Shown piece by piece: positions 17,862 through 25,535 of a DNA stretch of 64,000 bases (its first letter is position 1; every line of letters starts with the position of its first letter). The translations under genes were made by a program, and so were the position numbers. Below the pieces are notes generated by a model. It worked only from the letters and a program-made list of their open reading frames with translations, was not told the origin of the DNA and made no database searches. This DNA is from an uncultured Planctomycetota bacterium (GTDB lineage: Bacteria; Planctomycetota; PLA2; JAEUHO01): positions 1,184,001 to 1,248,000 of the forward strand of contig CAVVXN010000005.1 of the NCBI GenBank assembly GCA_963752285.1, read 5' to 3'.

Positions 17862-19829
17862 TCACCGGGAGCCTCCCGCGGCGTTCCCGGACGTTCCACC
17901 GGTCGCGCCGCCCGCGGGGTTCGCGCCCGCCGCACGCTCCTTCAGCTGCTTCTCGAGGTCCCGCCGCTGCCGGCGCTCGATCCTGTCGAGGAGGATCTTC
18001 GTGCGGACGCCGTCCGACCGCCGGCCGAAGACGGCCGTCGGCGACTCCGCGTCGTCCAGGGCGAGGTCCGCGAGCACGATCGAGCCCGCGTCGCCTCCGC
18101 GGGGGTCGGCGGACACGAGGTGGATCTCGACCCCGGGCCGGAACAGGAGCTCGAACGAGCCGTCCTGGTCGCGGCCTCCCTTGCGGAAGATCTTCTCGGT
18201 CTCGACCAGGAGCCCCTGCCCGTTCGACTGGCAACGCTGCACGAAGTCCTGGAACACCGCCTCCGCGCGCTGGCTCGCGGCGACACGGCCGGTGACGAGG
18301 ATGCTCGGCTCGAGGGCGGGGTACTTCGTCTTCCGGCCCACGCTCTGGTACCCCGAACCGTTCTGGCTCCCCTTGGGCCGGTAGTACGTGATGTCCTGGG
18401 AGCTCTCCCCCACCTTGAGCTGGACCTCCTGCAGGTACACGTCCTTCGTGGACTCGAGGTTCTTCTGGAGCACCGCCAGCGTCTTCCCGAGGAGGGCGCC
18501 CGGCGCGGCGAGGTCGGCCAGCGCGGCGTGCTTGACCTCGAGGTCCTGCATGGTCTCGAGCGCGTGGCGGAAGCGTCCGTCCTTGTCCTTGGCCTCGTTC
18601 TTCGCCCGCTCCAGGTGGGTCAGCGTGGCGTGCGCGGTCTCCGCCGCGGAGGAGCGACCCACGTAGAGGACGCCGAGGATGCCGGCGGCCACCACGGCCG
18701 CGCCCGCGGCCCAGATGCCCTTCTCGACGAAGTCCCGACGAGTGCGGAGCGACTTCGGGAGCACGGCGATCGGGAACGCCTCGTCGGCCATGTACGCCTG
18801 CGCGAGGCCCACCGGGACCGCGAACTCGTGCGGCGCCCGCTCGAGCATCGTGCGTTCCTCGTCGGACAGCCCCGACAGGTCGCTGATCGCGAACGGGTTC
18901 ATGCGCTCCACGGGCACGCCCATCGCCTGCTTCAGGTAGAGGTCCAGCCCCTTCAGCGACGCGCCGCCGCCGGCGAGGAGCACCCGGTCCACGCGCAGGT
19001 CGGGGAGCTTCGTCTGCGCCCGCGCGATCATCAGCGTGGACTGGATCAGCGAGGCGAGCTGCCCCGCCACCCCGAGGATCGCGTTCGCGACCTTCTCGGC
19101 GGTGGCGTCGGGGTACCGCGCCTGGCCGCGCGGCGTCACGTCGGCCTTCGCGATCTTCATCTGCTCGGCCTTCCCGAAGGAAGTCGCGAACGCCTGCTGG
19201 ATGGCCTCCGTGAACACCTTCCCGCCGGGCGTCGCGTTCCGGGCGAACAGGAGCTGGCCGCCGCGCTGCAGCGCGAGGTCCAGGTCCTCCGCGCCCACGT
19301 TGACGAGGAGGGTCGTCTCGTCCTCGCGGTAGGTGGCGTTCACCGCGAACGCGTTGAAGAGCGCGATGCTGTTCGGGCACGCGCCGGCGGTGGGGACGCC
19401 GCCCGCCTGGAGCGCCTGGATCTGGCGGTCGAGGTACGTGTTCCGCGCGAGGGCGACCAGGATCGTCTCCTCGCCGCGCGTCCCCTCGGGGTCCGGGAGG
19501 TCGAGCTTGCGGTAGTCGGCGGAGACGTGTCCGCCCGACTGGCTCCCGACCTCGTCCACCTCGTACTTCATCAGGGTGCGCAGGCGCCACTCGGGGACCG
19601 GCGGTACCTGGCTGTACCGGATGATCACGTCGCGGCCCGTGAGGCCGACCGACGCGCCGGCGCCCTTGAAGCCGCGGGCGGCGAGCGCACGGCCCGCGAC
19701 GGGACGCGTCTCGTCGTTCAGGCGGTCCACGAAGGCGCGCTGGACGACGTAGCCCTGGCCCTTCGCGCGCATCTTCACCGCGCGGAGCGAATGGCTGCCG
19801 ATCGTGACGCCGAGGCCGACTCTCGCCAT
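17862..19829 (-). CDS. pilM: Type IV pilus assembly PilM-like protein fused to a PilN-like TM/periplasmic part
   Basis: VGLGVTIGSHSLRAV, LLVNVGAE..DL, GGKVFTEAI, VLLAGGGASLKGL..YL...G.PVE..NPF, FAVPVGLA. Then a TM (GIWAAGAAVVAAGILGVLYV) and a coiled coil. Confidence 0.87.
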   Translation of the reverse strand: MARVGLGVTIGSHSLRAVKMRAKGQGYVVQRAFVDRLNDETRPVAGRALAARGFKGAGASVGLTGRDVIIRYSQVPPVPEWRLRTLMKYEVDEVGSQSGGHVSADYRKLDLPDPEGTRGEETILVALARNTYLDRQIQALQAGGVPTAGACPNSIALFNAFAVNATYREDETTLLVNVGAEDLDLALQRGGQLLFARNATPGGKVFTEAIQQAFATSFGKAEQMKIAKADVTPRGQARYPDATAEKVANAILGVAGQLASLIQSTLMIARAQTKLPDLRVDRVLLAGGGASLKGLDLYLKQAMGVPVERMNPFAISDLSGLSDEERTMLERAPHEFAVPVGLAQAYMADEAFPIAVLPKSLRTRRDFVEKGIWAAGAAVVAAGILGVLYVGRSSAAETAHATLTHLERAKNEAKDKDGRFRHALETMQDLEVKHAALADLAAPGALLGKTLAVLQKNLESTKDVYLQEVQLKVGESSQDITYYRPKGSQNGSGYQSVGRKTKYPALEPSILVTGRVAASQRAEAVFQDFVQRCQSNGQGLLVETEKIFRKGGRDQDGSFELLFRPGVEIHLVSADPRGGDAGSIVLADLALDDAESPTAVFGRRSDGVRTKILLDRIERRQRRDLEKQLKERAAGANPAGGATGGTSGNAAGGSR

Positions 19830-19915
19830 GGGCGCTCTCTCTCATCTCGGGGCGCCGCGGCTCGGAGCCGGGCGCCGGGTGGGTAGGGGGTTCGTTTCCT
19901 GGCTCGGGCGGACGT

Positions 19916-22426
19916 TCACGGTTTGGGGGGAAGCGCGGCCTGGACCTCGGGCGTCGCCTCGAGCTTGTCCAGCTTCTGCTTCACGTCGGCCAGGCGCTTC
20001 GCGAGGTCCGGCGAGGACGCCGCGAGGTCCTGGTACCGCGCGAGGAGGGCCCGCGCGTAGACCGCCGCGACGGGACGGTACGCCACCTCCTCGCCGAGCA
20101 GGTCCACGAGGCGCTCGAGCCGGTCGAGCACGGGCGTCGCCCGGTCGAGCTCCCACGCGGTCTCCGCCTGCCCGACCTGGTCGGTGAACTCCTGGACGCG
20201 CTTGACGAGCGGCCGGTCGGCGGGGTCCGGTCCCCCGAGGAAGCGCTCGGTGAAGCGCTTCGCGCGCGCCTTCACGTCGGCCAGGGAGTCGGCGGAGCCG
20301 TACACGCGGAACCGCGCGAGGGAGGCCTCGCCCTCGGTCAGCTCGTCGCGCACCTTGCCCTCGAGCTCGCCCGCGATCTGGATGGCCTGGTCGCGGACCT
20401 CGGGGTTGAACGGGTTGGCCTGGGCGATCCGGCGGAGCTGGTCGAGGGCCTCGGCCGGGCGCCGGTCCCGCAGGAGCTTCGCCGCCTCGAGCTCCTTCCT
20501 CGCGACGTCGCGCTGCGAGGAGAAGTCGGTGGTGAGCGACAGGTCGCCGGAGGCGCCCGGGAGCCACGTGCGGACGACGAGGAGGGCGTCTTGGCCGTCC
20601 GGCGCGAGGAGCTCGAGCGTGGCCGACGACTGGTCGTCGGTCGTGGCGATCTGGACCAGGGTCGAGGGCTTCCCCGGGCCCTCGTCCGCCTCCCCGATCA
20701 GCGACCGCTGCACCTTTTCGAGGTGCTGGCCGGCCTCCGCCGGGAAGCGCTGGGGGACGAAGTCGCCGAGCGCGCTCACCGCGCCGCCCGTGTACGCCTC
20801 GGGCATCATCGCGTCGAGCCCGACGGCCGAGGCGCCCTCCACCTCGACGTGGGCGACCAGGCCCTCCTTCGCACGCGTCCAGGTGAGCTTCGCCGGCGCG
20901 CCGTCCTTCTCGCTGGCGGTTCCGAGCGTGCCCTCGACGCGGATGGTGCCGCCGTCCAACGCCACCGCGCCGCTCGGGACGAAGCGGTCGAGGATCGTGC
21001 CGTCGGCGGTCTTCGCGATCGGCGCCACGCCGGTCAGGAGGACCCGGCGGCCGGCCTGCAGGTCCATCCGGCCGGCCGTGTCCACGAACGCCTTCTTGAA
21101 CACCGGGACGTCCAGCGCGACCGCCTCGTGGCCCGCGGCGCGCTCGACGCGGACGTCGTCCACGCTGATGCGGGCGCCGGGCGCGAGGAGCACGCCGATC
21201 CGCGCGATCCGCGCCCACGCGGGCGGCGCGAGCGTCGCGTGGACGGGCGTCCAGGAGGTGCCCGGGGCGAGGATCGTGTCGGTCCGCGTGAGGGGGGTCA
21301 CGAGGCCGGTCCGCTCGTCGGACGACGGGTTCGAGTCCCAGACCACGACCAGGCGCGCGTCGGCGTCGCCGCTCTTCCGGGCCTTCGCCTCGATCGAGAG
21401 GGGGAGCTCCGGCGTCGCGTCGATCGGGGTGTCGTACGCGACGAGCGACGGCCCCTGGACCTGGTCGCTCACGGAGACGACGAGCCCCGTGCTCTTGTGG
21501 TCGCCCGCGCCCGCGCGGGCCGCGACGTCCACGCGCTCGGGGTCGTCGGTGGACCACGCGAGACCGCCGCCCTCGAAGTCGCCGTTGTCGAGGAGGCCGC
21601 CCGCCCCCGCGACCTGCTCGGAGGTGCCGCCGCCCTCGCGCTGGCTCAGGAGATAGCCCCCGGCCCCGGCGGCGAGGAACAGGACCAGGACGAGCAGGGG
21701 TCCCGCGCGGGAGCCCGGGGCGCGGGCGAGGTCGATCTCGCCCATCATCCCCCACCCCTCGTCCTCCTCGAACTGCGCCAGCTCCACCTCGACGTCCTTC
21801 ATCGAGGGGTCCTTGAACACGAACCGGCTGTTGCCCACCCGGAGACGGGTGCCGTGGGTCAGGAGGGCCTCGCTCACGAGCTCGCCGTTCACCAGCGTCC
21901 CGTTCGTCGAGCCGAGGTCCTTGACCGTGTAGCCGTTCATGTCCCGGTCGATCTCGCAGTGGTGGCCGGAGGCCATCCGGTCGTCGATCACCAGCACGTT
22001 GGTCTCGCGGCGGCCGATCGTGACGCGCCGCTCGGAGAGCATGACCTTCTCGCCGCGCCGGTCCTTGTTGGCCCACTCGAGGTAGCAGACCCCCTCCTTC
22101 TCCGCCTGGGCCGCGCGCCCGGCCTCGTCGGGGTCCTCGAACTTGAGGCGGGCGTGGCCGACCTCGACCACGTCGCCGTCCCCGAGCGCCCGGCGCGTGA
22201 TCGGGGCGCCGGCGACCCGGGTCTTGTTCGTGGAGCCGAGGTCCACGACCTCCCAGCCCCCGCCCCCGCTGTCGCGAGGTCCGATGCGGCAGTGCCGCCG
22301 CGACGCCTGGTTGTCGTCCGGCAGGGGGACGCGGTTCGTCGGATCCCGCCCGACCGTTACGACCTGGCCGGGTTCGAGCTCCACGACCTCCTCGCCGTGC
22401 GGGGTGGTGACCACGAGTCGTGCCAT
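19916..22426 (-). CDS. Bitopic membrane protein: two cytoplasmic FHA domains, TM, carbohydrate-binding-like domain, helical C-terminus
   Basis: FHA1 VGRD..ASRRHC..DLGSTN and FHA2 IGRR..ASGHHC..DLGSTNGT. TM LLVLVLFLAAGAGGYLL. LLDNGDFE (CBM-like start). Confidence 0.88.
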   Translation of the reverse strand: MARLVVTTPHGEEVVELEPGQVVTVGRDPTNRVPLPDDNQASRRHCRIGPRDSGGGGWEVVDLGSTNKTRVAGAPITRRALGDGDVVEVGHARLKFEDPDEAGRAAQAEKEGVCYLEWANKDRRGEKVMLSERRVTIGRRETNVLVIDDRMASGHHCEIDRDMNGYTVKDLGSTNGTLVNGELVSEALLTHGTRLRVGNSRFVFKDPSMKDVEVELAQFEEDEGWGMMGEIDLARAPGSRAGPLLVLVLFLAAGAGGYLLSQREGGGTSEQVAGAGGLLDNGDFEGGGLAWSTDDPERVDVAARAGAGDHKSTGLVVSVSDQVQGPSLVAYDTPIDATPELPLSIEAKARKSGDADARLVVVWDSNPSSDERTGLVTPLTRTDTILAPGTSWTPVHATLAPPAWARIARIGVLLAPGARISVDDVRVERAAGHEAVALDVPVFKKAFVDTAGRMDLQAGRRVLLTGVAPIAKTADGTILDRFVPSGAVALDGGTIRVEGTLGTASEKDGAPAKLTWTRAKEGLVAHVEVEGASAVGLDAMMPEAYTGGAVSALGDFVPQRFPAEAGQHLEKVQRSLIGEADEGPGKPSTLVQIATTDDQSSATLELLAPDGQDALLVVRTWLPGASGDLSLTTDFSSQRDVARKELEAAKLLRDRRPAEALDQLRRIAQANPFNPEVRDQAIQIAGELEGKVRDELTEGEASLARFRVYGSADSLADVKARAKRFTERFLGGPDPADRPLVKRVQEFTDQVGQAETAWELDRATPVLDRLERLVDLLGEEVAYRPVAAVYARALLARYQDLAASSPDLAKRLADVKQKLDKLEATPEVQAALPPKP

Positions 22427-22514
22427 GTGACGATCGCCCTCCGTCGCGCTTCACCCGCGGGTCATACGCCGAGCCATCGAGGACGCGACACCCTAACGGG
22501 GGCGTCTCGCACCC

Positions 22515-22530
22515 TGCAACGCGTATTCCA
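22515..22530 (-). promoter_or_regulatory. Sigma54 (-24/-12) promoter for the FHA-pilMN-pilin operon
   Basis: Minus strand TGGAAT-ACGCG-TTGCA has exact GG-N10-GC spacing. It lies about 90 bp upstream of ATG 22426 and just downstream of a sigma54 activator gene. Confidence 0.7.
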
Positions 22531-22646
22531 GCGCGGGCCGCCCGTGTCGCGACGGCGCGCCGACGGGGTTCTCGATCCGGGACGTCGCCCGGCGGCCCCG
22601 CGAAGTCGCGGCGGGCCGCCCGGCGACGCCGCCGGGACGAGGTGAT

Positions 22647-22700
22647 GGGGCTTCGCAGGATGCGGTAACGAGGTTGCCAGTTGGCGACCTGCGGAGCCCC
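22647..22700. other. Nested inverted repeats (terminator or activator-binding site candidate)
   Basis: ggggcttcgcagg / cctgcggagcccc (13 bp, 1 mismatch), overlapping the near-palindrome aggttgccagttggcgacct (22671-22690). Confidence 0.45.
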
Positions 22701-22729
22701 GCGCCGGGCCCCGTCCCGCGACCGCGGTG

Positions 22730-24703
22730 CTAACGCGGTTGCTCCGCGTCCAGGCCGTAGCGCTCCAGCTTCTTGCGGAGCCCCAGACGCGAGAGGCCGA
22801 GCTCGGCCGCGGCCCGGCTCTTGTTCCAGTCGTGGCGGAGGAGGGCGCCACGGAGGACGCGGCGCTCGAGGTCCTCCACGAGCCCCTTCAGGCCGTTCGT
22901 CGGCGCTCGGTCCGGGTCGGGCGCGTGCCAGCTCATGATGCGCCCGCTCACGTGCTCGGGACGGATCTCCCCGCCCACCCCGAGCGCGACCAGCCGCTGG
23001 ATCTCGTTCCGCAGCTCACGCACGTTGCCGGGCCACCCGTAGGCCTGGAGGAGCTCCATCGCCGCCGGGTCCACCCGGAGGTCCTTGTCGTCGCCGCCGA
23101 CCTCCTTGAGGAAGTGGGCGACCAGGGGCGGCACGTCCTCCTTCCGGTCGCGGAGCGGGGGGAGCTCGATCACGACGCCGGCGATCCGGTAGTAGAGGTC
23201 CTCCCGGAAGGCGCCCGAGCGGAGCAGGTCCGAGAGGTCCCGGTTCGTGGCGGTCACGAGGCGGACGTCCACCGGGATCGGGCGCTTGCCCCCGAGGCGG
23301 CGGACCTCCCCCTCCTCCAGAACGCGGAGGAACTTCTTCTGGAGCTCCGTCGTGAGCTCCCCCACCTCGTCGAGGAAGAGCGTGCCCTCGTGGGCCTGCT
23401 CGAAGAGGCCGGCGTGGTCGCGGGTGGCGCCCGTGAACGCGCCGCGCTCGTAGCCGAAGAACTCGCTCTCCATCAGGTTCGTCGGGATGGCGCCGCAGTT
23501 CTCCGTGATGAACCGCGCCCGGCGTCGCGGGCCGTTGAAGTGGATCGCCCGCGCGATCAGCTCCTTGCCGGTCCCGGACTCGCCCATCACGAGCACCGGG
23601 ATCTTCAGGTCCGTCACGCGGTCCACGAGCCGGAGCACGCGCTGCATGCCCGCGCTCCGGCCCACGATCCGCGCGTAGTCGTACCTCAGGCCCAGCTCGT
23701 CGGCCTGCTTCGCCAGCTCCTCGCGCGCGCGGCGCAGGGCGTTCGTTCGGACCCGGAGCGCGCGGCGCAGCCTCTCGTTCAGGCGCTCGATCCGGCGCGA
23801 CTGCCGGACCGCCTCGCGCCGCCGGAGCGCCATCTCCCGGCGCTGGCGGGCGTTGCGGATCGCGATCGCCGCGAGCGAGGCGAAGCCCTCGAGGATGCGC
23901 ACGTCGAAGCCGTCGAACGTGCCGCTCTCGATCGAGTTGTCGAGGTAGATCGCGCCGAACACGCCCTCCTCGCCCCGCATCGGCACGCACACGAGAGAAC
24001 GGAGCTGGAGGTTCGCGACGCTCGCCGCGCCCTCGAACCGCTCGTCCATCTGGGCGTTCTCGGCCAGGACGCTCTCGCTCTGCTCGATCACGCGTCGCGC
24101 GACGCTCACCGAGTACGACACGTCGGAGGTGGCGAGGTCGCGGCGCTCGGGCAGCCGCGCGCGGCGCACCGTGTAGTGGTCCTCCTGCTTCAGGAGGAGG
24201 AATCCGCGGCTCGCCCCGGTGAGCTCGATCGCGGCGTCGAGGATGCCGCCGAGCAGTCGATCCTCGTCGCGCAGGCCGCTGATCTTCTCGTTCAGCTCCA
24301 TCAGGTGCGTCAGCGCGCGGATCTCGCGCCGGCGCTCGCTCGTGCCGCGGCGCGGCCGCGAGCGCGGCGTGGGCACGATCGTCTGCGAGCCCGGCTCGTT
24401 CTCGGGCACGTGGCACACGGCGATGTGCGTCTCGCCGAGCTCGACCTGGTCGCCGTCCTCGATGCGCTCGTCGAGCACGAGCGCGCCGTTCACGAACGTG
24501 CCGTTCCGCGACCCGAGGTCGGTGATGCGCCACCCGTCCGGGCCGAAGTACACGCGGCAGTGGCGACGGGAGAGGGTGCGGTCCTGGAGCGGCACCTCCG
24601 CGGCCGGGTCGCGCCCGATGACCACGCCCCCCTCCTGGAGGTCGTACACGCGCTCGGGGTGGCCGGGGCTCTTCACGAAGAGTCGGATCGGAGGCGCCGG
24701 CAT
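22730..24703 (-). CDS. FHA-GAF-AAA+-HTH sigma54-dependent transcriptional activator
   Basis: FHA (IGRD..LSRRHC..DLGSRNGT), GAF (RSLVCVPM...GAIYLD), Walker A GESGTGKE, ESEFFG...GAFTGA, FREDLYYR, WPGNVREL, Fis-type HTH. Start could be 24703, 24715 or 24775. Confidence 0.94.
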   Translation of the reverse strand: MPAPPIRLFVKSPGHPERVYDLQEGGVVIGRDPAAEVPLQDRTLSRRHCRVYFGPDGWRITDLGSRNGTFVNGALVLDERIEDGDQVELGETHIAVCHVPENEPGSQTIVPTPRSRPRRGTSERRREIRALTHLMELNEKISGLRDEDRLLGGILDAAIELTGASRGFLLLKQEDHYTVRRARLPERRDLATSDVSYSVSVARRVIEQSESVLAENAQMDERFEGAASVANLQLRSLVCVPMRGEEGVFGAIYLDNSIESGTFDGFDVRILEGFASLAAIAIRNARQRREMALRRREAVRQSRRIERLNERLRRALRVRTNALRRAREELAKQADELGLRYDYARIVGRSAGMQRVLRLVDRVTDLKIPVLVMGESGTGKELIARAIHFNGPRRRARFITENCGAIPTNLMESEFFGYERGAFTGATRDHAGLFEQAHEGTLFLDEVGELTTELQKKFLRVLEEGEVRRLGGKRPIPVDVRLVTATNRDLSDLLRSGAFREDLYYRIAGVVIELPPLRDRKEDVPPLVAHFLKEVGGDDKDLRVDPAAMELLQAYGWPGNVRELRNEIQRLVALGVGGEIRPEHVSGRIMSWHAPDPDRAPTNGLKGLVEDLERRVLRGALLRHDWNKSRAAAELGLSRLGLRKKLERYGLDAEQPR

Positions 24704-24788
24704 GGCCTCTCGCATGCAAACCGCGCTCCGAGGCGGAGCGTGCTCCGGCGGGCACGAAACGGGCCTCGCCGTCACCGGATCGTCATGC

Positions 24789-25535
24789 TCACGACGCCGC
24801 GACGGCGAGCACCGCCGCGGCGGCGATCGCCGCGGTGTCCGTCCGGAGCGCGGTCGCTCCGAGGCGCGCCCGCCGGGCGCCCGCGGCCCGCGCGCCCTCC
24901 ACCTCGGCGTCGCTGAACCCGCCCTCGGGCCCGACCAGCACGATCGGGAGCGGACCCGCGGGCGGGAGGAGCGCCGGGAGCGGCGGGAGCGCCGCGTCGG
25001 GGTCGAGGACGACCGCGTCGGACGCCCGCGCGCTAACGAGGTCCGGGAAGCGGCGGGGCTCCAGCACTTCGAGGAACCGGCTCCGGCCGTTCACCTTCGC
25101 GGCCTCGCGCACGAGCCGGTCGAAGCGCGGACCGCGCCGGCGGACGCCCTCGCCGCGCCCGGCGGGCGTCCGCTCGGCGAGCAGCCAGACCAGGCGCCGG
25201 GCACCGAGCTCCGCCAGCGCGAGGACCACGTCGTCGGCGCGCGTGCCGTCCGGGGGGGAGACGGCGAGGTCGAACGCGCGCGCGGGCTCCCGATCGGGCT
25301 GCGGTCCCTCCACGAGGACGCGCGCCTCCGCGGGGTCCGCGCGGACGAGACGTCCGAGCGCGCTCCCACCGCGGCCGTCGAAGAGAGCCACCGGCGCGCC
25401 CTCCCGGAGACGCCGCGAGCGGACGAGATGGGCCGACTCCGCGGGTGCGAGGACGGCCTCCGCCCCCGGCGGCGGGATCTCGGGGAGCCAGGCGCGCTCC
25501 GGCCCGGGTCCGCGGCCCGCGCCCGCCGTCGCCAT
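24789..25535 (-). CDS. rsmE: 16S rRNA m3U1498 methyltransferase RsmE
   Basis: HLVRSRRL..G..V.LFDG.G, ELGA, VLVGPEGGFSDAE, LGATALRTDTAAI. Confidence 0.9.
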   Translation of the reverse strand: MATAGAGRGPGPERAWLPEIPPPGAEAVLAPAESAHLVRSRRLREGAPVALFDGRGGSALGRLVRADPAEARVLVEGPQPDREPARAFDLAVSPPDGTRADDVVLALAELGARRLVWLLAERTPAGRGEGVRRRGPRFDRLVREAAKVNGRSRFLEVLEPRRFPDLVSARASDAVVLDPDAALPPLPALLPPAGPLPIVLVGPEGGFSDAEVEGARAAGARRARLGATALRTDTAAIAAAAVLAVAAS

